From Candidatus Poribacteria bacterium (GTDB lineage: Bacteria; Poribacteria; WGA-4E; PCPOR2b), in contig OZ242326.1 in NCBI GenBank assembly GCA_965208325.1, positions 1,440,001-1,504,000 on the forward strand: a stretch of DNA of 64,000 nucleotides, written 5' to 3'. This document shows, piece by piece, positions 32,033 to 45,200 of the stretch; position 1 is the first letter of the stretch; each line of letters starts with the position of its first letter. The translations under genes and the position numbers were made by a program. The notes below the pieces were generated by a model, which worked only from the letters and a program-made list of their open reading frames with translations, searched no databases and was not told the origin of the DNA.

Positions 32033-32265
32033 TTTTCATGGGGTATGGTTATCCCCTGATAAGCTTACTATAACCCACAAGTCCAGAAATTCGCACGGAG
32101 CCACGCTGTGGGAGGAAAATCCTTCTCCCGATTGTCGAGAATCAAGCGACCGAATAGGTAGCGATCAACTGAGCGAATAGCGAAGGCGATAGTTTTGGGG
32201 TTGATATCACTTTTTTTAATCGAGTTGAAGGTGACGTGTAATCTTTGGTTGCAGTGACTATAATA

Positions 32266-33486
32266 CTAGTCCACCGGCGATTCGAGTTTACCCAATAGCG
32301 TTCGGCGAATGAAATCCAACCCTTGAATAGCGAGCCAGCGGCGGATATAGTCGGTATCCTGATAGTTGCGGCTGCGTTCGAAACGGAAAGAGTCTCCCGG
32401 ACCTTGCAAAAGGATGTAGGTCGCATTATCCTCGAATGGTCCCACCACCGCTAACCCTAAACCGCCGGCCGGAGTGACCTGTCTCGTGAGCGAGGATGCA
32501 TGTGCTCGAATTTCTGTTTCCCCTGATTGTGGATTTACTCCTGACCCCTCCAGCGCCTCCGCCAGATTTGCCGCAGGCTTTGTGCGTGCAATTGACTCGC
32601 CATACCCGGCCTCGATGAGATCGCGAACCAACTGCCCGTCGGTAAGCGTATCGACAACCCCTATCTTCAATTCTCGTTGGTTCAATATTTGCCCCAACAC
32701 ATCCGGCAATGACTCCCGTCCGGCGCCGTAAACCGCGACGCCCAGCCGCTCTCTAACCGTAGCCTCCATTTCAGCAATCAGTGCGTCTGCTTCTGCGTCG
32801 GTGTCGGCTTTGGCTGCGATACGCACATCAGTTTGGCCCACATGCGCCGCCAACCCAACCGTCGGGTTAGTTGAAGTCATCAAATCCCCGATTGCCCGAT
32901 CCACGTTACTTTCGCCAACAGCGCAGGTCCGTATCACGCGCACCTTTGTGACCTTGCTCCCGCCCATACGCTCAATAAGCAGCGGAACCACCGAATGCTT
33001 CAGCATGTATTCAAGCTCGCGCGGCACGCCCGGCAGAGAAATCACACAGCCGCGTCCGCGCCGATCCTCGCTCAAATAACAGGGTGCGGTGCCTACGAGG
33101 TTGGATAACGGCGTTGCACCTTCGGGAATATACGCTTGGCGCTTGTTGTTTTCCGCCATCTCGCGGCCAAAGCGGCGAAACCGTTCCGCTATTTCCGCTT
33201 CCAGTTCATCGCTGTAAACGAGTTTGCGCCCAGTGGCATTGGCAGCCGCTTGGCGCGTAAGGTCATCCACGGTGGGTCCGATGCCGCCAGAGGTGATGAC
33301 AACGTCCGAACGATCCAACGCCCGGTCGAGAATCTCTGTAATGCGCGCCTCGTTGTCACCAACGGTAGTCTTGTAATATAAATCTAACCCGATCTCTCGG
33401 AGCGCGATGGCTAATCGGTTGGCATTCGTATCGACAATCTCGCCCAACAGCAGTTCAGTGCCAATCATCACAATTTCCGCGTGCAT
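32266..33486 (-). CDS. cinA: CinA-family protein with a degenerate C-terminal PncC domain
   Basis: IGTELLLGEIVDTN, VGDN, GGIGPTVDDLT, LPGVPREL. Confidence 0.88.
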   Translation of the reverse strand: MHAEIVMIGTELLLGEIVDTNANRLAIALREIGLDLYYKTTVGDNEARITEILDRALDRSDVVITSGGIGPTVDDLTRQAAANATGRKLVYSDELEAEIAERFRRFGREMAENNKRQAYIPEGATPLSNLVGTAPCYLSEDRRGRGCVISLPGVPRELEYMLKHSVVPLLIERMGGSKVTKVRVIRTCAVGESNVDRAIGDLMTSTNPTVGLAAHVGQTDVRIAAKADTDAEADALIAEMEATVRERLGVAVYGAGRESLPDVLGQILNQRELKIGVVDTLTDGQLVRDLIEAGYGESIARTKPAANLAEALEGSGVNPQSGETEIRAHASSLTRQVTPAGGLGLAVVGPFEDNATYILLQGPGDSFRFERSRNYQDTDYIRRWLAIQGLDFIRRTLLGKLESPVD

Positions 33487-33594
33487 CCTACTTTTGATTC
33501 CCCTCCCCCGTTTTCTCTCAGTTCATTGCTGCAGATTGAACAACGGTTATATCACATTTACGAAACAATAGTCAAGGATTAAACCAAATATGTG

Positions 33595-33623
33595 TTGACA
33601 TCATCCGGGCATACGCATAAAAT
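33595..33623 (+). promoter_or_regulatory. Sigma70-type promoter
   Basis: TTGACA-17 nt-TAAAAT. Confidence 0.7.
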
Positions 33624-33796
33624 TGGAGCATGAAACCCCTCATACCGCGAGAGGAACATCTCTATCACGATAATCGAGTCTAAAACGCCGCTCACAGACA
33701 TTTTCAATACATATCTGACATCGCGCTAGTCTGCAAATAAATCCAACCTTTGGGCTTTTTTTTACACGAGCCACTATTTATGACAGGAGGTTTATC

Positions 33797-34180
33797 ATGC
33801 GGCATCGCCCGTATCCAATGGCTGACGGTGTGAGAAGCATTGCGCTCGGCATCATTTTCAGCCTGCTAACCTGTGGGATTTATTCCCTGTATTGGCAGTA
33901 CAAACAGATGGTAACGCTCAACGCGTGGTAAGGGCGGAACGATTACCGATTTTGGCTTTGGCTTTTCCTCAGCATCCTGACGTGCGGTATTTTTAGCTTC
34001 TACTATGAATACAAAATGGCCGTAGGAATCAACGAAATTCAGACTAACAGCGGGCTGCTCGTGAGCAGTTATTTAGCGGTAACATGCGTCTTGCTCGCAA
34101 TATTTGGGGTCGGCATCGCATCCCTTGCCATTCAGCAGTGGGAAATCAACAAATTCTACGATGCGCGCGACGACCTTTAA
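33797..34180 (+). pseudogene. DUF4234-like membrane protein interrupted by an in-frame TAA
   Basis: AGGAGG RBS. Translation MRHRPYPMADGVRSIALGIIFSLLTCGIYSLYWQYKQMVTLNAW*GRNDYRFWLWLFLSILTCGIFSFYYEYKM...QQWEINKFYDARDDL, with the stop at 33929-33931. Missing from the ORF track. Confidence 0.8.
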
Positions 34181-34544
34181 TCACATACATCTTGCGCGAG
34201 TTTTCCTGATTGGACTTGCTCTCGTCGGCATATACTCCGCATGGTCGGGTATATCGCCCGATAAGATGACGCTCATTCCGTGCTTATTTCGCGTCATCAC
34301 GGATATGTCGTGTCCCGGCTGCGGTATGACGCGCGCCTGTGTCTCGCTTGCACAGGGAAACATTACTGCAGCTTGGCATTTCCATCCGTTTGTATTTTTT
34401 GTTGTTCCGTTAGCCCTCGGCATCTCATGCGCTCCGACCCGCCTACGAGATACTTGGCTAAGGCTATCCGCTCCCATCCGAAACTGCGTTCCTTGTATCG
34501 GCATCGCTCTCGTTCTAGGCGTCTGGATCTTTCGCTTAACCTAA
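34161..34544 (+). CDS. DUF2752-family membrane protein
   Basis: C.F...T...CPGCGMTRA...G....AWHFHP. The ATG overlaps the end of the DUF4234 gene. Confidence 0.85.
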   Translation: MRATTFNHIHLARVFLIGLALVGIYSAWSGISPDKMTLIPCLFRVITDMSCPGCGMTRACVSLAQGNITAAWHFHPFVFFVVPLALGISCAPTRLRDTWLRLSAPIRNCVPCIGIALVLGVWIFRLT

Positions 34545-34843
34545 TTCTAGTGCGCTCAAGCGTTGTGCAGAATTCGAAGGTTGCGAGGAGCGGGTATGGT
34601 GTTACAGGTGAAGTGTTCCGCTCTACCAAACCTACATGATTTGGACAGTAAGGCTTGACCGACCGGACGTTTTTGAGGGACCATCGCAATGCTAAAAGTA
34701 AATTGCGGCGGCACGTAACCAATCGCCGGTTAGACACAAGGTCTTCATTTCAGACGGTTAAAGATGCTATACAGGCAACACCTGAAATTCAAGTTGGTTT
34801 GTGCGGGAATCGGATTCTTGATGCCGGAGGGGAAATTGCATCG

Positions 34844-35317
34844 GTGAACAGTCTCGTGAAGCGTGAGTTTCCTCTTTTGGAACAGACCTTGGCGTTGCGT
34901 ACGCAGTTGATCGACATACTGACCGACGCGGATCTCGGCCACGTACTCCCCGGAAATCCATCCCTCGGCGAACTGTGCTGTGAAGCTGGGCAGCACGACG
35001 AGATTTACATCGAGTCCTTCCGGACTTTCGTTCTAGATTGGTCGCCGCGGCACGCGCCGTACGGAGCCCAAACACAAGTTGAGGCACCCAAAGAGTGGTA
35101 CGCTAGCTCCGATGATTCGCTGAAGGCGGCACTCACGGCGCTCTCCGAGGAGGACATACAAGGCAAGACCATCGACCGCCAAGGTTACGCCGTGCCGGTT
35201 GGGGTACAATTTCACATCTACCGGGAATCAGTTTTAATCTTCTGCGGCAAGGCGAGCGTCTACCTACGCGCTCTGGGAAAGCGTCTCCCCCCGCAGCGGC
35301 AGCAATGGATTGGTTGA
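34844..35317 (+). CDS. DinB/YfiT-like four-helix-bundle protein
   Basis: GTG start after GGAGGGG. 'LTDADL...PGNPSLGEL' and C-terminal 'GKASVYLRALGK' resemble the DinB superfamily. Confidence 0.6.
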   Translation: MNSLVKREFPLLEQTLALRTQLIDILTDADLGHVLPGNPSLGELCCEAGQHDEIYIESFRTFVLDWSPRHAPYGAQTQVEAPKEWYASSDDSLKAALTALSEEDIQGKTIDRQGYAVPVGVQFHIYRESVLIFCGKASVYLRALGKRLPPQRQQWIG

Positions 35318-35414
35318 CAGCATCGTTAGCATTGAAAAACCAATCGACCAACGCTAGCCGTCCATCTGGAATCAAGGAGAGGTTTCCGCTTTTCAGGTGA
35401 AATTTGTGTGGGCA

Positions 35415-36584
35415 TTACACGGTCTTCAATCGCCGCGCTGCCTTCCACTGCCGCCAGAAATTGATACCGACACTGAATAAAACGGCGGCGCCGATAATTC
35501 CTAACATCAACCCCAGTATCGCGAAGCTAGAAGAACGAATGCCATACCAACAGCCGGCAACGAACGCCGTGGCAATGAAGAAATCTTGGATACATTGCCG
35601 CCTCGCCCTTCTGAGTACGGCGCGCAGGTTTTTTCCCCGCTCTTGTTTCACATAATTCGTCAGCAGTTCGACAGAGATTTGCGGCGGGTAAGCGCGAGCT
35701 TCTTCGGGTGACACGTCTCGCACACATCGAAACCCAATGTTGCTCGCAATGTAGTCCGGCGGCGCGTGAAACCGATTTGCGCTGCGGAAATAACGCTGCG
35801 CAGTTTCATCTCTAACCTCTAACCATGACCCGCCTCGCAAGACTTTGTGTTCGTCGCCGTAACTGCGGTCAATGTAGTGACTCTGCGAATAAGGCCTAAA
35901 CCTATCCGAGGTCCATTCCCATACGTTTCCTGCAACTTCATGCACGCCGTATGGGCTTGCTGCGAGAGGCCGAGCGCCAACCGGCGTGGGTTCATCCGTG
36001 AGAATCTGTGCCAAATCTGACGGCTGCTCCGTGGTGTTCCCGACTCCGATTCGCCCTTTCATGCCGCCGTCCGCGCAGTCTGTTGATGGTTGATTGAGAA
36101 AGTCGTCTCCCCACGGATAGATGCGTCCATCTGCGCCTCTGGCGGCTTTCTCCCATTCCGCCTCGGACGGCAAACGTCCGCCTGCCCATTCGGCGAAAGC
36201 GTTCGCGTCGTTCCAATTAACGTGTACGACTGGCAGGTTCTCCTGGCCGCGCACAGCCTTTCCGTCTTTCCAATCGGGCGGCGCAGGATGCCCCGTCGCA
36301 TTCACAAATTTCGCATATTCCGCATTCGTGACAGGATAACGGTCAATCCGGTAGGCTCCAAGGTAAACAACGTGCATCGGCGCTTCATTGTAGTTAGCGT
36401 ATTCAGATTGAGCCAAAATAGTGCCATAGAATGGTTCGATATCCGTGCCCATGATAAACGCGCTCGGCGGGATAACGACGTCATCTGTATGCAGCGCACC
36501 CGGTCGTTCCAGACCGATATCTGCGTGGTTGGCGGCTTCCGAGGCACTGCTTCCACTAGTAGCGTTCATCGGCGAAAATTCCAT
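35415..36584 (-). CDS. FGE-sulfatase/SUMF1-domain protein with C-terminal TM helices
   Basis: FIMG, YPVTNAEY, PVVHVNW, RLPSEAEWEKAARG, AGNVWEW, RGGSW, GFRC. Confidence 0.9.
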   Translation of the reverse strand: MEFSPMNATSGSSASEAANHADIGLERPGALHTDDVVIPPSAFIMGTDIEPFYGTILAQSEYANYNEAPMHVVYLGAYRIDRYPVTNAEYAKFVNATGHPAPPDWKDGKAVRGQENLPVVHVNWNDANAFAEWAGGRLPSEAEWEKAARGADGRIYPWGDDFLNQPSTDCADGGMKGRIGVGNTTEQPSDLAQILTDEPTPVGARPLAASPYGVHEVAGNVWEWTSDRFRPYSQSHYIDRSYGDEHKVLRGGSWLEVRDETAQRYFRSANRFHAPPDYIASNIGFRCVRDVSPEEARAYPPQISVELLTNYVKQERGKNLRAVLRRARRQCIQDFFIATAFVAGCWYGIRSSSFAILGLMLGIIGAAVLFSVGINFWRQWKAARRLKTV

Positions 36585-37387
36585 TCGTCCGTTGCGTATT
36601 TCGTTTTAACTAAGCAATCTGCAGATTCCAGCTCTCGGTCTGAGAGTTCACCTTCAATCAATTGCACACCCAACTGTTCCTCGAATCCGGCGGCGACCGC
36701 ATCTTCAATTTGCCGCCGATTAATCTGCACACATTCGCCAGTGTTGATAAAAGCGGACATCCCTTTGAGGTACCGGTCAAAGCCGGACTGCCGCGAAGCG
36801 AGCGCTAGCACCTCGGCGGGCGGCATGTCGAGAGCGATGTAACCTTGGTGCATCACGCCAATCTGGTTGCGGCGCTGGGATACGCCCGCGATTTTTTTCC
36901 CGTCGAGCATGACATCGTACTTGGCGGGATTTGTCAGGCAGATGTTGCCGAGATCGGTGTCAGACTGCCTCTCCTGATTCGCCGAGTGCTGTGCCAACGC
37001 TTCAATCTGTGAAGTTGGAAATCCGATTTTTTTGAATCCGTTAATGAGACAGCCGCTGATGGCGTCGTATGATGCCGAGATGGATTTCGGCAAGATACCG
37101 CCATGCGGCATAACGACCGCATAAGTAACATCCCAGCCGTGAACAACTGTACCGCCGCCCGTCATTCGGCGAACAAGCTCGACGCCTCGTGTGGCGCACG
37201 CTACGGCATCAACTTCGCGCGAAATTTGCTGAAAGTACCCAAAACTGAAAGCGGGCTGCGACCAATCATAAAACCGCAGTGTGGGTTGAGGGCTGGCAGC
37301 TTGACGAGAAAGAATTGCCTCATCAATTGCCATGTTCATCGCAGCGCTATGTTTACCGGTCCGCAATAGCCGCCAAACGTCATTCAT
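36566..37387 (-). CDS. Lipoate-protein ligase / octanoyltransferase (LipM/LplA family)
   Basis: NMAIDEA, LRFYDW, VRRMTGGGTVVH, GKKIAG.SQ, W.F C-terminus. Confidence 0.9.
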   Translation of the reverse strand: MNDVWRLLRTGKHSAAMNMAIDEAILSRQAASPQPTLRFYDWSQPAFSFGYFQQISREVDAVACATRGVELVRRMTGGGTVVHGWDVTYAVVMPHGGILPKSISASYDAISGCLINGFKKIGFPTSQIEALAQHSANQERQSDTDLGNICLTNPAKYDVMLDGKKIAGVSQRRNQIGVMHQGYIALDMPPAEVLALASRQSGFDRYLKGMSAFINTGECVQINRRQIEDAVAAGFEEQLGVQLIEGELSDRELESADCLVKTKYATDEWNFRR

Positions 37388-37499
37388 AGATTCTCTGTAT
37401 CCCCAAGTATAACGCTTTCATTAAGTACGCTTTAATCCTGGGTCTTCACTGTCCGCCACATACATTGCCAACCACGCTCATGACGGCTGAATTAATCGG

Positions 37500-38792
<1,293 letters not shown>

Positions 38793-39002
38793 TTACAATG
38801 TGTAAAATGGCGTCTTGATTTATATCAATGTTATCATCCGATGTGTGAGAAAACCAGAAATTTTATCTTTCGCGCCAATCAATCAGCGGTCGCAAATTTT
38901 CATGATATTCTGCTTTGGCATGATGTCCAATCCGCCCATTATATCCGACTTTGGAGATGATGTGCAAAATTTCGTGCGGCGCCGTAGCAGCGGTAAATAT
39001 CC

Positions 39003-39031
39003 TTGACGGTCACATCGCAATTTGCTATTAT
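39003..39031 (+). promoter_or_regulatory. Sigma70-type promoter upstream of tamB
   Basis: TTGACG-17 nt-TATTAT. Confidence 0.55.
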
Positions 39032-39221
39032 ACTTAGCCACGATTTGCAGAGGATTTGTCATGCGTTAGGAAACTCTAATCCACTAAATGTATAACGTAA
39101 AAATCCTTCCAACCGCCCGTAAAGTCCATTTGATGTACAAAATCGCCGCACCGAATCAAGATCGGTTGTTTTACACGAAAAACCCGCTGCAAATGAACCC
39201 TAAGCATCGTAGGAAGGCACT

Positions 39222-42200
39222 ATGCGGACGCGAAATGTATTCCTGATATTTTTTGCGGTTATTGTAATCACTTTGGTTATTGGCGTATTTTTCTTTTCGC
39301 GTTCCGCATACCTGCTCAATCGGGTTCGAATTGTGATAGTGGATGAACTTGAAAACCAGTTGAATCACCCGGTTTCCATTGGCAAGATTTCCGGTAATGT
39401 GTTAACCGGATTGAAAGTCCACCAACTCGAGGTCGCCAAACAACATCCTGACAAGCCGAATCCCATTCTGATTGATGAGGTTAATGTTAAGTATCGACTT
39501 TGGGGATTAATGCAGGGTAAATTTGTCGTCCAGCGGTTCAATCTTTACCGTCCACAAATCAACGCATATATTGATCGAGATGGCAAATTCAACCTATCAT
39601 CGCTAATGCCGGAGAAAACCGCCGAATCGAGTGCGAGACGCCCTCAGCTCCTAATTTCACGTGCTAACGTCGAAGATGGCGGCATCTCTTTTGTAGATGA
39701 AACGCGAAAATTCAAAATAGCCATCAGCGGCATTCAGAGCCTCATAGATAACCCGAAGCAGAGCGCCGAATATAATGGAAGCATGAACATAAGAGATGGC
39801 AGCTTTGAATTGAACGGCATTTCGACGCAAATTGACGAACTCGTAACCGAGTTTGAGTTTTTGAAAAACCAGGGCGAGTTGAAAACATTGCGCCTCACTG
39901 TGGGAAATTCTTCCCTGACGATTTCCGGAGGCTTGAATAATTTCAACAGCGAATCTCCGAGTAACGAGCGTTCGACGCCTATCCTAGATACACAAATTGA
40001 CCTCAATGTCGATCTGCGAGATCTGCAGAAATATTTCCCAACTTACGAATTGGAAGGGTTTGCACAAGCCGCAATACAAGCCAAGGGATGGATTGGCGAC
40101 ATTGTTGGACAATGTAATCTCAAACTTCCTCAAGCAAAGATTAATCAGATACCGCTTGAAAATTGGGTTGCGGACGCCGAGTTTACCCAGGATCGATTTC
40201 ACTTAAACGCAATTAATGGGGAATTAGCTTCCGGATCAGCTACGGGCGACGCAGATTTTAAGTTGGCTTCAGAAGGTGTGACGTACAGTGGGACATTGAA
40301 ACTTTCCGACCTTCAAGCGCATCAGGTTTTGCCCACGGTCATTGAACTGCCCGAAGATTTTTTGGTTGTCAATGGGCGCGTCAACGGCAAAATCCTGTTC
40401 AGTGGGAACAGCGCTAATTTGAACGGTTTCCAACTGGATTCCAACCTAGAATTGAGCGAGGCTTCCCTCAACGATGTGCCTATTCGACTTTCAAAAGCGC
40501 GCTGTGATATAGAACACAATCGGTTATCCGTGTCGGCAAATTTTGATGACGCCGAAATTCGACTCGACGGACCGCTTGGGTCGGCTGGTCGTTCTGACAT
40601 CAATCTGAATATCACCCAGATTGATGTCGGGAAACTTTCTCGTATCTTGCGTTTGCCGGACCTGAGCGGCAGTGGCACGCTCACAGGAAGGATATCACCG
40701 AATCCTCCCCTCACCGCAACGTTTAGTATACCCGACGCCGCTTTATACGATGTCCCTATTGGTGTGTTGCGGGCGGAATTTCACTATGCCGAAGGCCGTG
40801 TTATGCTCCATCCAGTGAGCCTTGTAAAGGGCGAGAGCGAAATAACGCTCACCGGAGTAGCTCGGATGGAAAACGATATCCCTGTCGATTTCAGCGTAAC
40901 CGCGCAGCCGCTTCAGATTGCGGATTATGTTAGGCTTGCCGGCGACGATTATCCTATTGAAGGAATTGCAACCGGCGAACTCAAACTTGATGGGACGCTT
41001 GCGAGCCTAGACGGTCGGGGAAACCTCCACGTCGCGGCCGGACAAGCCTGGGAATTGGCGCTTGATCCACTAACGCTTCCATTAGAAATCCAGGATTATG
41101 TTGTCAAGACCCCCAATTTTGAGATATTGGTTCGTGGGCAGCGCGGCGTGCTCAACACAGAACTGACGCCGGATGGAGACTATGACATCAGCTTCCAAAG
41201 CGAGGCGATGCGGTTGGCAGAACTTGCGCGGGCGAAGGGGATAACAGATTTCCAATTGGACGCCGATGTTGTCGTCCTTGCAACCGGTCGTGCAAACGTC
41301 ACAAATCCGAGGGTCGATCTGAGCTTTGATTTCTCAAATGTCTCTTACGCAGGAAAACCGCTGCGCGATGTTCGCCTTGAAGGTATCTACATGGGTGACA
41401 AGCTGCATTTCGAAGGTTCGGGATTTGACAACACATGTCGAATCCAAGGGGTAATGGAATCGGTTGAAGGAAACCCATACAAAGTTTTCGTGGACGGTAA
41501 GGGTGTAGACGTCAAGCCAATCCTGCGGATTTTTAACGACACGCTGTCAGATAAAATCACGGGAAGTGCCAACGGTGCGCTGGAAATATCCGGAACCCTC
41601 GCGGACACATCCCAATTCACACTGAACATGTCCTTACCTTCCCTCGCGCTTCAGGCCAATGGGAGACAGTTGTTTAATCCTTCCACTGTCAAACTCAGCT
41701 TTGCCGACGACCTTTGGCACGTTGAATCCTTTGAACTTGCGGATAGCCGTGACCGCCGCCGCTTACTACGCGCAGCTGGAACGCTGGGGGCAGCAGCATT
41801 TGAACCGAACCCGCCGTCCTCTACGCCGCTGTCGGAAGCAACGGACCTGCCTCGAGAACGGTTCGATTTCACTGTCGAGTCTGAAGGGTTTGCACTCGAA
41901 TACCTAACCGATATTTTAGGCATGACGCCAATGGTGTCAGGCACAGCCCGATATAAACTCACCGGGAACGGAACCGCCGAAGATGCTCAATTGGTGTTGG
42001 ATTGGTCGCTCGAAAATCTGTCCGTTAATTTACCGTTAGAACCCGTCACCATTAGTGAAGCCGCCGGACGTTTAGTTTACAAGAATCGGAACTTGATTGT
42101 GGAGCAGTCCAATTTTCTCTGGCTCGATAATTCCATTCATGTTGACGGTAGTGTGCCGTTAAATCTCAGTGCATTGCCAATGTCTTTTGAGGACCGAATT

Positions 42201-45200
42201 GCTGCAGACGCCATGCGTATCGAATTTCGCGGCAAGCAATTTCATTTGGCGCCTTTAACGAAGTATCTCCCGCAACTATCTCATCTTCATGGCTACGCGG
42301 ATTTGAGCGGCGAAATGACTGGCAGCCTTCAACATCCGGTATTGACCGCATCGGTTGATGTAAAGGAAACAGAGATGCAACTGTTCGATTTTCCGCAGCC
42401 GATTGAAAATCTGCAAGCCCGCATACGAATACATGGCGGCGGCAAATCACAATCCGATTTCGATACGCCCTTTTCAAATGCGGACAATACCCGCGCTGGG
42501 TTCACGAACGATTTAATTTCGGTTGAACTGGAATACGCCAACTGGAATCTTGCCGGCGGAAACTATCGAGCCGCGGGAAGATGGAACTTATCAAAAACGA
42601 AAGCTCAATCCTCACTATTTTCAATTCCTAGTTTTCACGCACCAGCATCGTTTCAGCTGCAACTTGATGGAACGCAGGTGAATCTCACAAAATTAGTGAA
42701 CTACGTGATGCCCGGGAAGCAGTCCGCCCTAATGCGTGAGTATGATTTGGAGGGTCATGTGGATGTCTCATTAGCGCTTCAGGGTAGCGGATTTCATTCG
42801 AATCAAGTATCCGGAACGCTCAAATGCAGCAATCTACGGGCTAGCATCAATAAGTTGCAGTTCGACACTGAACACAAGCATCTAGACGAATTGAATCGCG
42901 GCGGCATCTCGGAAGGGTTAGGACAAGTACTTGTGAAACATGGAATCCCAATTTCCCCTAACGCGCCTGTTTCCGTTGAAAAAGGAGATGACGGGCGGAC
43001 GGTAATTAATTGGGAAGATAGCAATCAACCATACGTTGTTAAAGAAGATTCAGATAAACTCCTCATCTACAAAAAGCACAATGTACAGAATTTGGCGCCG
43101 ATTATATGTCGGTATTCGGGTGGGGGATTTACCATTGAATCATTCCATATCGGACAACCGGGTGGGGGATTCATAGATGCGTCAGGCACGTGTGACACCG
43201 ATGGGAACCTCAATCTACAGTTGGAACTCAGCGAGCTTCCGTACGCGTTATTGTTACCGTCATTGACGTTGACACTGTTTAACACTTCTGCTTTGTTGGA
43301 TGGCCGTTTCTCTAGCCGGATTGCCCTGGGCGGCACCCTTACCGAACCCACTATTGATGCGGAATGGGATACCTACGCAAAGAGCAAAAATGCGGAATTT
43401 TCAGATAAGGGATTTACGAAATATAACAATCGAACCCTGGTTATGGGAGATACAATTCGGTTGGGAAATGCCGACAATCAGTTGTCAATCTCCGGCGAAA
43501 TTCCGATAAATCTCTCCTTCCAGCCGCTCAATCTGCCAGAACGGTTCCCGGAGTTACCCATAAACCTGCGAGTGAAAGGGAAGAATGAATCAAAGATAAT
43601 GCTCGATTATCTAGCATTATTGTTCCCTGTATTGCTCGTAGACTCGGGTGGCATAGCCGAAGTGGATTTCAGCATTCGGGGAACAACCGCTTCACCTTAC
43701 TTGGTCGGCGAAGGAACTGTCCATAACGGCATGATGAAATTCAAACACCTCGACACACCGATTTCAGGTGCGGCGATGCGTCTGAAGGCAAGCGCCGGAA
43801 AAATTAGTATTCCCGCTTTCAGTTTTCAGATTGGCGCCGGGGAGTATGCCGCCCCAAAACCAATTGAATTCAAAATGAACGGACTGCTGCCCACGGATTT
43901 CGAGGTGCAACAATTCACCGTCACACAGGCGCAAATCTCTGATTTTGCACGGAGTTTCTTAACCGGAGAAATTATCTCTGATTTTGACGGATTCGTCACA
44001 GCAGAAGCGCGTTTACGATTCCCTATCAATCGGATAATCACGCGCGGTGAAACCGCATGGACGCCGAAGATTGCCTTGCCGGATGTACACAATTTGATTG
44101 AATACGCAGTTGGCGATTTAAACATTCAGCATGTGTTGGTGAATAGCATGGTGGAAGGTCTGGACTATACAATAAGTAACCCGGAGGTGATTAAGGTTCG
44201 CCTAAAAGATCGGACAGTAAAGCTCGACGATTTTACTTTAGAAGATCAGAAGTCCAATGCAGACGCACAGCGCCTAAAAATGACCGGTTCCGGAAGTTGG
44301 AAATTGGGCGGTCGGTTGGATTTTCGCATGGATATGCATCATTTCAATCTCGGCTTTATCTCTGATTTTTTTCCCGATGCATACGCGATTCGGGGTTTTC
44401 TCAATGCAGTGTTAGACATACGCGGGACAGACGCAAATCCAGAAGTCATTTTCGAATGGGAGACGCCGAGGTTTTCACTTCGTCATGCCCATCTGGACGA
44501 ATTTACGGGCAAAATTGTTTACAAAAATAAGAAACTGCGCCTAACCGGCATAGATGGAAATAACGTGCGCTTCTCCGTAGGCGCCAATCGAGCCAAGTTT
44601 TCAGGACTCATTCCATTTAATCTTTCTTTTCTCGAATTTAAAGCAGAACCGCTTCAGCACGACGAAATCGAGGGTAGATTAGATGCGGCTATCCGCAATT
44701 TAGATTTTCTGCCGCTCATTATTCCCTCATGCGATTTCGCTGATGGTACGGGCGAAATTGGCGTGACAATCGGGGGACCTCTACGGTCGCCGCAATTGAA
44801 AGGGGTTGCAAATCTAAGGAATTTAGAATTTGACTTCCCGGATTCGCACACAAAAATTGAGAAAACTGAGATTGACATTGATTTCACCCATGGTGGACTG
44901 AATATTCGGCGCTTTGATGGCAGACTAAATGGCGGCGCATACCGGATAAACGGCTCTGTAGAATCAGACTGGCATCGTATACAGAATTTAAATCTTACTG
45001 CAGCATTGAGCGGCGGATGTGTTTTTGAGATGCCCGGCGTGTACTGGGTTGAACTCGAGCGGGCAGACCTTGCAATTAATGGCGGGTTGAAACTTCCGGA
45101 ACTCACAGGTTCTATCCATATCACCGAGGGGCGGTACGAGAATCACTGGAGGGAATTAGTTGAGAATTGGTTTGATAAAGACGCAGGCATCCAAACTGAA

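Noticed and set aside
33929..33931. TAA read-through or an alternative genetic code
   Set aside because: TAA terminates many conserved genes in this window, and no recoding signal is visible.
29861..36842. Long antisense ORFs 29861..30511 and 36090..36842
   Set aside because: They lie opposite well-supported genes and have no recognisable motifs.
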